A stretch of DNA of 64,000 nt from Bacteroidota bacterium. Lineage in GTDB: Bacteria > Bacteroidota > Bacteroidia > NS11-12g > UBA955. The stretch spans positions 17,334 to 81,333 of the forward strand of contig JAGXTF010000059.1 of the NCBI GenBank assembly GCA_018333525.1. Reading direction: 5' to 3'. Shown piece after piece: positions 50,739 to 61,489 of the stretch. A program made the translations under genes and the position numbers. Below the pieces are notes generated by a model. That model ran no database searches, was not told the DNA's origin, and saw only the letters and a program-made list of their open reading frames with translations. Numbering within the stretch: position 1 is the stretch's first letter; every line of letters starts with the position of its first letter.

Positions 50739-51698
50739 TTAATGCATTCCGGCTAAGCTATGTTTGTGGGATAGCCAGCGCTCAGCATCCAATGCCGCCA
50801 TACAACCGGATCCCGCAGCTGTTACAGCCTGCCTGTATACTTTATCCTGAGCATCGCCTGCGCAAAAAACACCTTCCATATTGGTATAAGTGGAATCGGA
50901 TTTGGTTATGATATAGCCCTGATCATCCATATCCAAATAATCTTTAAAAATCTCCGTATTTGGTTGGTGACCGATGGCCACAAAAAACCCCTTAATTGGA
51001 AATTCTCTTTTTTCACCGGTTACATTATTAACTACCCTTACTGCTTCTACCACATGGTCACCAAGTATTTCATCTGTTTCAGAATTATACAGGATTTCTA
51101 TGTTTTTCGTATTTTCAACGCGATGTTGCATGGCTTTCGATGCGCGGAAATGGTCTTTGCGCACAATCATATATACCTTGTTGCAGATTTTGGCCAGATA
51201 GCTTGCTTCTTCACAGGCAGTATCCCCCGCTCCAACAATTGCCACATCCATTCCACGATAGAAGAAACCATCGCAAACCGCACAGGCACTTACTCCACCC
51301 CCATTTAATTTTTCTTCACTTGGCAACCCCAACCATTTGGCCGATGCCCCGGTACAAATGACCACGGTTTCTGCAATAATCTCTTTGTTATAATCCACAG
51401 TTATCTTTTGAGGTCCCCCATCTTTAAACTCCACTGCGGTTACCATTCCAAATCTCACATCAGCACCAAGTCTTACCGCTTGTTTTTTAAAGAGGTCCAT
51501 CATTTCAGGCCCCATAACACCATCGGGGTATCCCGGGTAATTTTCAACTTCTGTAGTAATGGTTAGCTGTCCCCCGGGTTGAAGACCCTCATATAAAACG
51601 GGCTTCATATCTGCACGAGCAGCATAAATTGCGGCGGTATATCCGGCAGGGCCGCTTCCAATTATCAAACATTCAATGTGTTCAGGTTCCTGATTCAT
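50739..51698 (-). CDS. trxB: thioredoxin-disulfide reductase
   Basis: Motifs IIGSGPAGYTAAIY, GGQLT.TTEVENYPG, CAVCDG, RQAVTAAGSG. Confidence 0.97.
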   Translation of the reverse strand: MNQEPEHIECLIIGSGPAGYTAAIYAARADMKPVLYEGLQPGGQLTITTEVENYPGYPDGVMGPEMMDLFKKQAVRLGADVRFGMVTAVEFKDGGPQKITVDYNKEIIAETVVICTGASAKWLGLPSEEKLNGGGVSACAVCDGFFYRGMDVAIVGAGDTACEEASYLAKICNKVYMIVRKDHFRASKAMQHRVENTKNIEILYNSETDEILGDHVVEAVRVVNNVTGEKREFPIKGFFVAIGHQPNTEIFKDYLDMDDQGYIITKSDSTYTNMEGVFCAGDAQDKVYRQAVTAAGSGCMAALDAERWLSHKHSLAGMH

Positions 51699-51826
51699 AA
51701 ACAGAGCGCAAATTTAAGGAAGGAACAATTGAGGCCACAAAGAGTTGCCAACTTTTAAACCACGAATTGTAATTTTTGATCAGGTACCGCGTTTAAGCTA
51801 TTATAATTTATTGAATATTTAAGGTC

Positions 51827-53287
51827 ATGAAAAAATCGAATTACTTTTATGCGGTTGTTGCAGTTTTATTTTTTGGAGCATGCAATTCTAACCAATTCAA
51901 AAAAGACAACATAAGTATTGATGCCAAATCCGAAACTTTTTCGATACAAAAGGAACTGAATTCTATTTCGGCAAATGCGGAGCATTATTCCATAAATGCT
52001 ACGACAGGCGAACAAATCACAACTACCGGCGGAGCAAGAATTCTGATTGCTCCGGAAAGTTTTGTAACTAAAAATGGTGAACCTGTATCAGGCCCGATAG
52101 ATCTGAGTTATAAAGAGATGAATTCTATTGCTGAAATTGTTGCTTCGGGTATTCCAATGCAGGCAAATAACAATGGCACTATTGGACAATTTGTGAGCGA
52201 TGGTATGTTTGAAATCAGTGCCAGTTCCAGAGGCGAAGAATTAAATGTGGCACCGGGAAAGGTTCTGAAAGTATTTACAAAAAGCCGCGATAAAAATTCA
52301 ACTTTTCAATATTGGTATTTCAATAAAAGCAAAGGCATTTGGGAAGAAACAGGAACTCGTGAAACTCTGGCAAATGAAACCGATATTCAATCTGAAATGG
52401 CATTGATGAATATCAATTCCAAAACAGGAATTACGAGTGCCAACTGGAGATGGTATTCCGGCAACAATCACGGGATTCAAACTGTTGCAAATGAAAATGG
52501 AACAATCATTACTCCGAATAAAATGATACCGGGGAAATACGATTCCAAAAAATTAACTTTGGATTTGGAATTCAACCTCGCTTTATATCCTGAACTCGCG
52601 GGTTACAGCAGTTTAATGTGGCAATTTGCCGGTAGTGATCTGACAGAAGATCCGGCGAGAAATAACTGGATTTTTCAAACTGCCTGGAACAATGTAAAAC
52701 TGGAGCCAATAGCAGAAAAACCAGGTTTTTTTAATTTAAGTATGGATGCAGGTGGTAAGCCTTTTCATACCGTAGTGCGTCCGGTAGTGCAGGGTAATGA
52801 TTATGAAAAAGCTAAAGAAGAATACGGAAAACAACTGGTAAATTTAGAAAAGGAAAGAACCAGAATCCTCAACGAAGGTGCCAGTGCGGATCAAATTACA
52901 AAAAACTTATACAATGCATTTCAGGTGAGCAGAATGGGTGTTTTTAATTGCGACAGATTTTACAGCGATGTAAATGCAAAGGAATATACTGCCAGTTTTG
53001 AACTGGATGGCAAAGCCATGGACCCGGAAAGAATGATCTATATCGTAACAGACCGAAGAACCGGGGTAATTCAATACACAGCAAAATATTACAAAATGAG
53101 ATTTAACCCTCGTATGTTGGACGCCATTTTTGTAGTTGCTGCAAATGGTACCATTGCCGCAGTAAATGCATCAGGGATACATTCCATTAAGGAAGGGAAT
53201 GGTGGAAAGGTCCATCTGGTATTTGAAAATGTAAAAACCAAAATCAAAGATTTGGGTAGTTTGAAAGAAGCTATCGACAACCTCTAA
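51827..53287 (+). CDS. hypothetical lipoprotein (Bacteroidota SxGMF / NCDRF family)
   Basis: Lipobox FFGAC; motifs SDGMFEISA...G.EL...PGK and MGVFNCDRF. Confidence 0.7.
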   Translation: MKKSNYFYAVVAVLFFGACNSNQFKKDNISIDAKSETFSIQKELNSISANAEHYSINATTGEQITTTGGARILIAPESFVTKNGEPVSGPIDLSYKEMNSIAEIVASGIPMQANNNGTIGQFVSDGMFEISASSRGEELNVAPGKVLKVFTKSRDKNSTFQYWYFNKSKGIWEETGTRETLANETDIQSEMALMNINSKTGITSANWRWYSGNNHGIQTVANENGTIITPNKMIPGKYDSKKLTLDLEFNLALYPELAGYSSLMWQFAGSDLTEDPARNNWIFQTAWNNVKLEPIAEKPGFFNLSMDAGGKPFHTVVRPVVQGNDYEKAKEEYGKQLVNLEKERTRILNEGASADQITKNLYNAFQVSRMGVFNCDRFYSDVNAKEYTASFELDGKAMDPERMIYIVTDRRTGVIQYTAKYYKMRFNPRMLDAIFVVAANGTIAAVNASGIHSIKEGNGGKVHLVFENVKTKIKDLGSLKEAIDNL

Positions 53288-53306
53288 TACAATTAACAGG
53301 ATTAAA

Positions 53307-56300
53307 ATGCGCAAACGGATTTTCATATCCCTTGCACTTGCATTGGTGTTTATCGGGTCATTTAAACTCGGTGCGCAAAACCTGTATCCCATTTTACAAA
53401 ACGGTTTGTGGGGTTATATGGATTCAGCCGGAATTATCCGAATTGCACCACAATTTCAAAAAGCCGGGGATATGGAAAATGGAATAGCAAAAGCAATTTC
53501 AGGTCAAGATTTAATTGTTATTTATAACGAAAAACGTATCCTGAAACTGGAAGGATGTTCCCGCTTTGATCCGGTAACCGGGAGCAATTTTTACAAAATA
53601 CAGAAAGACCACCAATGGTGGCTTGCAGATAGGGATGGTAATTTTTTATCAGAAGAAGGATTTGACAGAATCTGGTTTGCAGGAAAAACTTCCGGTAAAT
53701 TTATTTTTAATTCAAAAGGCAATACAGGGTTGATGGATAGTACAGGCCGCGTGCTTTTCAAATCGAATTATTTTACGTTGAAATCGCTGTGTGAAAATAT
53801 TTATTCGGTAACCACCATATCCGGATTTGTACTTGCCGTGGATGAAAATGGCAATCTTCTGATGCCCGACAGTTTCAAAAATATTCAGATAATAAATCCC
53901 CAATACAGGGTATTCAAAGGCATTATTTCTGATGGTAGTTTTGTGTTTTTTGACGCCAACGGGAATCTGATTACTCGTGGAAAACGAATCAAATGGGATG
54001 CATTGGGAAATGATTTCTACTGGTTGCAACAAGATAAAAAATCGCGCATTTATGATATGAATCGCGGTATATTTATTGACAGCCTCAAAGGAACATTTGC
54101 GTCAAGTCTTTTACCCCAGACACTTTCGGTTTATAATAGCGGAAAAGCAGTTAAAATCTTTCATCGGTATCTGGGCTACCTCAGCGATATAAGTAATGTA
54201 CAATTCTTTGAAAGCGGAAAAATAAGTATTTTTCAAAACAATGGTTATTATGGGTTAATCAACCAGGACTACAAAATTCTTTTAGAACCTAAATTCTTTC
54301 AAATTCAACGTATCAATGATTATAATTTCATGGTGCAGGATTCCGGATTTAATTATAAATTATACGATGGAAATAAACAAAAGTTTACAAATGGCAAATG
54401 GTATAGTGACTGGAGCATTCACAAAGGGTTTTTTAAAGCTTATACCCTTTGGAATGAAATGGATTACATAAAACTCAGCGATTCCGGCTTTATTTCATCT
54501 TCCCAAACCTATTTCAATGTACAACGGGTAAATGTACAATTGCGTACCGAAAACAATGCGCAATGGACATGGAATCGTCCGGCAATTAATATCTCCCAAT
54601 TTACAGGCGCCAACAGAAACACACCATGGTTTCAGGGAAGTGTTAATTCAGTTGCGGTTGGTAGAATGGAGAATTACAACCGCTATGGTCTCCGAAGGCT
54701 GAATCCCAAAACTGGCAAATTCGAAGTGTACAGAACACCGGTTTTTAACCAGGTAATTGTTCTCCCCGACACCAACCTGAGTTACGCCGGAATGCCATCA
54801 GCAAAAAACAAAAAAATCCCTGTGATGTATTGCAGTGAGGTTATTTCCCCGGGGGAATTCACCATTGTGGAAGAATCGACAGGAAAGTCACTTATTCCTT
54901 ATTCTGATTACATAGATATCGATGATTTTAAGAATAAAAATTCTTCTGTTTTCCGAATTTACCGCAACGGGAAAATGCATTTGATTTCCAAAGTAAATTT
55001 CAAACTAATAAACTCGGCACTTTATATCAGTAAAAGCAAATTCGGGGTAAGACAGGTTTGTATAACCGGAGCTTTGGCAGCCGAGAAATTCAACGACAAT
55101 ATGAGAGATTTAACGGATTATGATTTGTTGAATGGGCTTGGGTTAAGAACCAATAGAAGAATTTCGTCTTATTCCATTAGAAACGGAGACTGGCGCCTCC
55201 TTCTTGCCAATGGTAACCTGATAAAACCAGCAATAGCCGGTGCCGGTAAAATCATATTTATGGGGGAATTTCGATATGGATTTGCGATTGTGATGCTCCA
55301 TACACTCAAATGCGGAGTAATTGATTCGCTGGGAAATACCTTTATTCCTGCAGAATATGATATCGTCAATTTTTCACGTGATATTCCCGGGCATTTCTAT
55401 TGTGGTTCAAAGTTTAATCGTTGGGGCTTGACCAACCAATATGGTGATATTTTATTACAGCCACAATTCCACAAAATACTGCCCGCTGGAGATGCTTATT
55501 ACGGGTGGACTCAGGACAGTTGTTTTATTTTCAATACCAACGGCATATTTAATTCGGTTAACCACAAAAGCAGACCGGTAATATTTGAAAATGAAACCGG
55601 ATTTCTGCGTGCCAGAGGCGGATATAAAATCACAAACGACCTCGGAAATTCTTCATTGGATCCCCTTTTCCAAAATGTCAAATATTTTCATAACGGATAT
55701 GCTCCTGTAAATAAAGCAGGACGCTGGGGTATGGTGGATGAAAATGGAAGAACAACAGTAAAATTCAAATACAGCAATGCCAAATCTTTTCAGCATACTG
55801 CGGGAATATTTGAAAAAAATATTCGTTGGATTTTTGTAAACAGGGAAGGGGAAAGAATCCAAGGTCCGAAAAGGGCGGATGCCTATTCAGAAATTTCTCC
55901 GGGTGTTTTTATATACTTTAACAACAAACGCTCCAGATATGCCATGTATGACGGAAATGGGAAAAAATTAAGTGGATTCAGTTTTTCTGAATGTCCTATA
56001 CTTTTTCAGGAAAATATTATTGGCTGCAAAACAGGAAAGGTAAATTTTTACACGTTGGAAGGTAAAAAATTTGCAACGATGAAATCCTTGCCAAAATTTA
56101 AAGGCGCACAATTTACTTTCCAAAACGCTTTAAAAATAAAGATAAAAGATTTTGAGGCATATACCATTTTAAAATTCTCACCCGCACAGTTGCGTGCATT
56201 TGGACTGGATTCCCCGTGGAATGAGTTGGTTATTCCTCTTGCAATCTCCAGGGATATTTACCTGCAAAAAAATTATTTGTTTGAAGCATATCAGAACGAT

Positions 56301-56684
56301 TTATACCAGGTAACTACCGTTTTGGGTGCAAGCTTTGTAAATGGGAATGGCGAAAATGTGATGAACGATTATTTTTCTGCTGCAGAACCCATGCATGCCG
56401 GAGTTAGCATTTGCACTTTAAAAAACGGTAATTCCGGAATTTTAAATGCCCAGGGATTCTGGATTTTGGCACCGGAATATGGCAGTATGAAACGAATTAA
56501 CGACAGTGTTTTTGCGTACCGCGTAAACTACGAGTATGATATTTTCAATGAAAAAGGCGAAAAAATAAATGAAGAAAAGATTGATGGCATGCATTTCACA
56601 AATGGCTTACTCTGCATTCGCAGTCAGAGCAAATTGGGTTATTACAATCCCGCAAAAAGAATGGTTTGGGAATTACAGGAATAA
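53307..56684 (+). CDS. WG-repeat-containing exported protein
   Basis: Repeated WG(Y/L/M)xDxxG...I.P.F units (NGLWGYMDSAG, RWGLTNQYG, GRWGMVDENG) and a signal peptide. Confidence 0.8.
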   Translation: MRKRIFISLALALVFIGSFKLGAQNLYPILQNGLWGYMDSAGIIRIAPQFQKAGDMENGIAKAISGQDLIVIYNEKRILKLEGCSRFDPVTGSNFYKIQKDHQWWLADRDGNFLSEEGFDRIWFAGKTSGKFIFNSKGNTGLMDSTGRVLFKSNYFTLKSLCENIYSVTTISGFVLAVDENGNLLMPDSFKNIQIINPQYRVFKGIISDGSFVFFDANGNLITRGKRIKWDALGNDFYWLQQDKKSRIYDMNRGIFIDSLKGTFASSLLPQTLSVYNSGKAVKIFHRYLGYLSDISNVQFFESGKISIFQNNGYYGLINQDYKILLEPKFFQIQRINDYNFMVQDSGFNYKLYDGNKQKFTNGKWYSDWSIHKGFFKAYTLWNEMDYIKLSDSGFISSSQTYFNVQRVNVQLRTENNAQWTWNRPAINISQFTGANRNTPWFQGSVNSVAVGRMENYNRYGLRRLNPKTGKFEVYRTPVFNQVIVLPDTNLSYAGMPSAKNKKIPVMYCSEVISPGEFTIVEESTGKSLIPYSDYIDIDDFKNKNSSVFRIYRNGKMHLISKVNFKLINSALYISKSKFGVRQVCITGALAAEKFNDNMRDLTDYDLLNGLGLRTNRRISSYSIRNGDWRLLLANGNLIKPAIAGAGKIIFMGEFRYGFAIVMLHTLKCGVIDSLGNTFIPAEYDIVNFSRDIPGHFYCGSKFNRWGLTNQYGDILLQPQFHKILPAGDAYYGWTQDSCFIFNTNGIFNSVNHKSRPVIFENETGFLRARGGYKITNDLGNSSLDPLFQNVKYFHNGYAPVNKAGRWGMVDENGRTTVKFKYSNAKSFQHTAGIFEKNIRWIFVNREGERIQGPKRADAYSEISPGVFIYFNNKRSRYAMYDGNGKKLSGFSFSECPILFQENIIGCKTGKVNFYTLEGKKFATMKSLPKFKGAQFTFQNALKIKIKDFEAYTILKFSPAQLRAFGLDSPWNELVIPLAISRDIYLQKNYLFEAYQNDLYQVTTVLGASFVNGNGENVMNDYFSAAEPMHAGVSICTLKNGNSGILNAQGFWILAPEYGSMKRINDSVFAYRVNYEYDIFNEKGEKINEEKIDGMHFTNGLLCIRSQSKLGYYNPAKRMVWELQE

Positions 56685-56795
56685 TTAATCTCCGGCCTAA
56701 AGAACAATCGCAGAAAATTAAAAAGTATTAAACCTTTGGGATTATGGGTTGAAAAACTTGTATTCCCATCCCGCATTGCGCAAATTCGCAATACA

Positions 56796-59700
56796 ATGTA
56801 TTTCAGGCAATTCCTTTTGCTGCTTATCACGGCCATTTCCAACCAATTGCGGGCGCAAACAGAGTTGCCCAATTTCAGGCAGGTGGGAACCCGCGAAGGC
56901 TTGCCTGAAGGAGTTGTACATGCCATTCATAGCGACAAACAGGGAATTATCTGGATTGCCAGTTATGAAGGTTTATACCGCTACTCAGGTGGCAAATGCG
57001 TTCCAATCTATAGCCAGGGCAAAGAAGATACCACAAGCCTGAGTTCCCAAAGGGTATTCTCCATTTTAGAAGACCACCAGGGGTCCATTTGGGTAGGCAC
57101 AAGCGTAGGTCTGAATCGCATGGATCGCAAAACGGGGAAGTTCAAAAGATTTTTAAACCTCCCGGGAAAAAACAAACAACTGCCTGATAATTCTGTGATT
57201 CGAATTTTTGAGGATTCTAAAAATCAGATTTGGGTAAGTACCAAAAAAGGAATTGCAAAATTTCATGAGAATAACGAAATTTTTGAAAGCATCCATCTTT
57301 CGGACAGCCAGGCCTTTGTTTGTTATACCAGTTTTGAATCCGGAGGGAAAACCTGGTTTGCAGGAAATGGTGATTTTTATTATTACGATAAAACGAAAAA
57401 TGTTTTACAACGCGTAATTGTTTCCAGAACAATTACAGGTAATAAAAAATATCCTGTAATCAGTTCCATTACAGATAACAAAGGAAACACCTGGGTTGGT
57501 ACGTACAGGGGAATTTTTAAATTTGATTCCAAAAACGATAAATTAATTCACGCGGGTTTTCCGGATACCTTATTAAACCACAATAAGATAACTTCATTTT
57601 TACTAACCGATAACCACCTCTGGATTGGATCTTCTATAGGATTAATAGATTGGGATCAAAGCCAAAATACATATAAGGGATATTCCTATATGGCCAATAA
57701 TCCCATGGGATTAAGTACCAGTTATATTCAATCCATTGCAAAAGACAATAATGGAAATATTTGGGCCGGAACATCCCTGAATGCAGCCATTTTCCAAACG
57801 GCATACAAACCTATTACATTTTATACTGTTGATCCGCAACTACCTTTAAATGATGCCGACAACCACACTGCGAGATTATTTGAAGACCATTTGGGAGGAA
57901 TTTGGACATGGAATCACAGAGGGGTGTTGAGAAGCGCCGGTATTGGAAAGGAAATGAAGAAAATTCCCGGAACACCATTCGCCTATTTTCTGGAGTATTT
58001 TCTAGAGATAGAATATCACAACAAACCTTTGATATTAATGGCATACAGTTCACCGGGTCACGGTATATACCAATATAATTCAGCTGCCAATCGAATAGAA
58101 AAGTTTCCATTAAACGCGCGATTGGACAAAATGAATTTATATCAAATTCACATCGATAAAAAGAATAAAAATAAACTTTGGATAGGTACTTTGGAAGGTA
58201 TTTGCATTTATGATTTGCAAACCCGGGATACCAGCTGGATTCGGTTTGGCGGGAAAAAAACTCAATTGCGTTCGTTCAGGCAATTGGAAGATGGGCGATG
58301 GATATTATTGTCTCCATTGGGATATGGATTTTATGATGAAACCAGCAATAAACAGGAATTATTTCTGTATGATGCCAACAAGAAAAACATGTTTCACAGC
58401 GGCTTGATTCGCGATTTTGCCATGGGAAAAAATGGAGCATATTGGCTGGGTACAGAAACCGGACTCACCTATTTCAATCCCGCAACCGGTAAGTATTTAA
58501 ATTACACAACCAACAATGGATTGAAGGGTGGAAACATCATCTACGCCATGCATGCGGATAAATTTGGAACCTGCTGGTTTGTTACCAATAGTTATTTGAT
58601 ACGCCACGATCCTGTTACCAATAAATTTCAATATTTTAACAGTTCTAATGGGATATTTACCACATTTAACCGATGGAGTATATGTGAACTTCGAAATGGG
58701 AATGTGCTTTTTGGAGGCATAAATGGTTTTATTTCATTTAACCCGGAAAAATTGCAGGCGAATCCGGTATTTCCTAAAATTATACTAACCCATTTTCAGG
58801 TAAGAAACCAGGAAAGGCATTATGGTTTGTTTCCTGAATTTATACAAGAAGTAAAAGTTGGATATCAGGAAAATGCCATCACTTTCGAATTCATTGCACA
58901 GGAATATGCCTCACCGGAAAAAAACGAATATGCCTACCAAATGGAAGGATTTGATACAGGTTGGATTTATTCGGGAAATGAACACCGCGCCACTTATACT
59001 AACCTTTCTCCGGGTACCTATTATTTTCTGGCAAAATGCACCAATTCCGAGGGAATCTGGAGCAAAGATGTTTTGAAAATCAAAGTAATTATCACCCCGC
59101 TTTATTATCAATCCTGGTGGTTTCGCTTACTCATTTTGGCAGGATTTGGGGTTATTATTTGGTTATTTTGGAAAAACAGAAATCAAAAAAGGAAGCTGGA
59201 ACAACAAAAGGCCATAGCAGAACAGAATTCGATTTATAAATCAAAATTCCTGACCAATATGAGCCATGAAATTCGTACGCCAATGAACGCAATCATAGGT
59301 CTGAGCAGACTTTTGCTTGACACGGACCTAAATGAAAAGCAAAAACAATATGCCGAAGCTGTACAACAATCTTCAGAAAATCTGTTATGGATTGTGAACG
59401 ACATTTTGGATCAGGCAAAAATTGAAAGTGGAAAGTACACCATCGTAAATAAACCTTTTCAACTGGATGTGATATTAAAACAAATTCATAACCTGCTTCA
59501 AATAAAAGCAAAAGAAAAAGGAATTGAATTTAAGGTCGAAATTTACAACAACGCCCCTGTAAAACTAGTTGGAGACCCGGTTCGTTTGTATCAGATCCTT
59601 ACTAACCTGGTTGCAAATGCCATCAAATTCACCCAAACCGGATATGTACATTTATTTGTAGAAAGCATATCCAGCAATAGAGAAGAAGCCAGTTTGCGAT

Positions 59701-60350
59701 TTATGGTAAAAGATTCTGGAATTGGAATTCCCCGGGAAAAAATTGACCAGATTTTTGAATCCTTTAACCAACTGATACAGGATGAAAACACACATTCCGG
59801 AACAGGCCTTGGACTTGCTATTGCACGCGAACTTACCCAACAACTCGGTGGAACTATTTCGGTGGAAAGTGAATTAAATACAGGTTCAACATTCACCGTT
59901 ACTCTGCCCTTTAAAATTGATACGCAGACTGCAGTTGCTGTAAATTCAGGAGTAAAACATAACAAATCGGATAAAATGCTGCATATTTTATTGGTGGATG
60001 ATACGCGTTTTAATATTCTGCTTGCGCAGGAATTATTGTCGGAACAATTTCCCAGAAGTATAGTAGATACTGCAGAAAATGGAAAAATTGCAATCGAAAA
60101 AATCCAAAGTAATGGATATGATCTCATTCTGATGGACGTAAAAATGCCGGTTATGGATGGAATAGAAGCAACCAAATGGATACGGAATGCCAATGGTGCA
60201 ACATTTCAGAATATCCCTGTATTGGGACTTACGGCAAATGCCATTCCGGAACAATTGGAGGAATGCTTTGCTGCCGGTATGAATGATTATCTGACTAAAC
60301 CTGTAAATGCCTCTGAACTGTTTGATAAAATAATAAAATTAACGCCTTGA
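56796..60350 (+). CDS. hybrid sensor histidine kinase (beta-propeller, Y_Y_Y, TM, HisKA, HATPase, REC)
   Basis: Repeated D..G.IW.GT units, YTNLSPGTY, MSHEIRTPMN, NAIKFT, GTGLGL, LMDVKMPVMDG. Confidence 0.93.
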   Translation: MYFRQFLLLLITAISNQLRAQTELPNFRQVGTREGLPEGVVHAIHSDKQGIIWIASYEGLYRYSGGKCVPIYSQGKEDTTSLSSQRVFSILEDHQGSIWVGTSVGLNRMDRKTGKFKRFLNLPGKNKQLPDNSVIRIFEDSKNQIWVSTKKGIAKFHENNEIFESIHLSDSQAFVCYTSFESGGKTWFAGNGDFYYYDKTKNVLQRVIVSRTITGNKKYPVISSITDNKGNTWVGTYRGIFKFDSKNDKLIHAGFPDTLLNHNKITSFLLTDNHLWIGSSIGLIDWDQSQNTYKGYSYMANNPMGLSTSYIQSIAKDNNGNIWAGTSLNAAIFQTAYKPITFYTVDPQLPLNDADNHTARLFEDHLGGIWTWNHRGVLRSAGIGKEMKKIPGTPFAYFLEYFLEIEYHNKPLILMAYSSPGHGIYQYNSAANRIEKFPLNARLDKMNLYQIHIDKKNKNKLWIGTLEGICIYDLQTRDTSWIRFGGKKTQLRSFRQLEDGRWILLSPLGYGFYDETSNKQELFLYDANKKNMFHSGLIRDFAMGKNGAYWLGTETGLTYFNPATGKYLNYTTNNGLKGGNIIYAMHADKFGTCWFVTNSYLIRHDPVTNKFQYFNSSNGIFTTFNRWSICELRNGNVLFGGINGFISFNPEKLQANPVFPKIILTHFQVRNQERHYGLFPEFIQEVKVGYQENAITFEFIAQEYASPEKNEYAYQMEGFDTGWIYSGNEHRATYTNLSPGTYYFLAKCTNSEGIWSKDVLKIKVIITPLYYQSWWFRLLILAGFGVIIWLFWKNRNQKRKLEQQKAIAEQNSIYKSKFLTNMSHEIRTPMNAIIGLSRLLLDTDLNEKQKQYAEAVQQSSENLLWIVNDILDQAKIESGKYTIVNKPFQLDVILKQIHNLLQIKAKEKGIEFKVEIYNNAPVKLVGDPVRLYQILTNLVANAIKFTQTGYVHLFVESISSNREEASLRFMVKDSGIGIPREKIDQIFESFNQLIQDENTHSGTGLGLAIARELTQQLGGTISVESELNTGSTFTVTLPFKIDTQTAVAVNSGVKHNKSDKMLHILLVDDTRFNILLAQELLSEQFPRSIVDTAENGKIAIEKIQSNGYDLILMDVKMPVMDGIEATKWIRNANGATFQNIPVLGLTANAIPEQLEECFAAGMNDYLTKPVNASELFDKIIKLTP

Positions 60351-60353
60351 AAA

Positions 60354-60683
60354 ATGCCCGTTAAATTAGAAATCCTCCGAAATTATTTGAACCATGATGA
60401 AAAAATGGTGCAGAAATTTCTTCAGCTTTTTTGCAGTGCCATTCCTCAGGATTTGAACAAATTGAAACAATATATGCATGAATCCGATTTTAAATTGGCA
60501 TCGGTTACTGCACATAGTATCAAATCACAATGCGCCTATCTGGGTCTGGATCTAGCGCGATTGATGGCTGAAAAACTGGAAAACATATCGCAGATTGGGC
60601 ATGAACAGAATATATTATTTGAAAGCCTTGAAAATATTTTATTGTCGGAAATTGCCGAAATGAAAATGACCTTGAATATTTAA
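60354..60683 (+). CDS. stand-alone Hpt phosphotransfer protein
   Basis: AHSIKSQCAYLG motif; directly follows the hybrid kinase. Confidence 0.85.
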   Translation: MPVKLEILRNYLNHDEKMVQKFLQLFCSAIPQDLNKLKQYMHESDFKLASVTAHSIKSQCAYLGLDLARLMAEKLENISQIGHEQNILFESLENILLSEIAEMKMTLNI

Positions 60684-60729
60684 AAATTATTCTTCCATTA
60701 AAATCCTTAAATTTGATAAAAACTATCCT

Positions 60730-61431
60730 ATGTTTCGTATTTTGCTGGTAGACGATGACCCCACTCTGAGCGAGATTACAAGGGAATATCTGGAAGCCAG
60801 GGATTTGTCTGTGTTGCTTTGCAACAACCCTGCGAATGCCTTGGATTTATTAAAGCGCCACCATTCTGATATTTGTTTGCTGGATGTTAAAATGCCCGAA
60901 ATAGATGGATTTACGCTTGCGGAAGAAATCCGAAAAAAAGACAAGGAAATCCCTATAGTATTTCTTACCGGACAAACGATGAAAGAAGACCGGATACGCG
61001 GTTTGATGCTGGGCGCAGATGATTATATTTTAAAACCCTACAGCATGGAAGAATTGTATTTGCGCGTCATTGCAATTATGAAAAGATACAAAAATTCCGG
61101 AACCAAAAATAACATTCCGAATACCTATCAATTCGGTAAAATCATTTTCCATACCGGATCCAGAGAAATTATCACCGACAATCAAACCATCAGGTTAACA
61201 GCAATTGAAAACAAATTATTATCCCTTTTATGCGCAAACCTAAACGGGACTTTAAGCCGGGACCGTGCATTACAGGAGATTTGGGGAGATAACGACATTT
61301 ACAAAGGTCGCAGCATGAATGTATATATCAATAAACTCAGAAATATTTTGAAAGTGGAACCGGATATAGAAATTTTAAATGCCCATGGGGAAGGCTATAT
61401 CCTGAGTTACAAGGGTTCCCTACCGGAATAA
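60730..61431 (+). CDS. OmpR-family response regulator (RprY-like)
   Basis: Motifs ILLVDDD, LDVKMPEIDGF, GADDYILKP, GRSMNVYINKLR, HGEGY. Confidence 0.93.
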   Translation: MFRILLVDDDPTLSEITREYLEARDLSVLLCNNPANALDLLKRHHSDICLLDVKMPEIDGFTLAEEIRKKDKEIPIVFLTGQTMKEDRIRGLMLGADDYILKPYSMEELYLRVIAIMKRYKNSGTKNNIPNTYQFGKIIFHTGSREIITDNQTIRLTAIENKLLSLLCANLNGTLSRDRALQEIWGDNDIYKGRSMNVYINKLRNILKVEPDIEILNAHGEGYILSYKGSLPE

Positions 61432-61489
61432 TAGTATGTATTTTTGAATTTTGTTTTGAGCCGGACATTACAAAAACTAGTTTTGTTCC

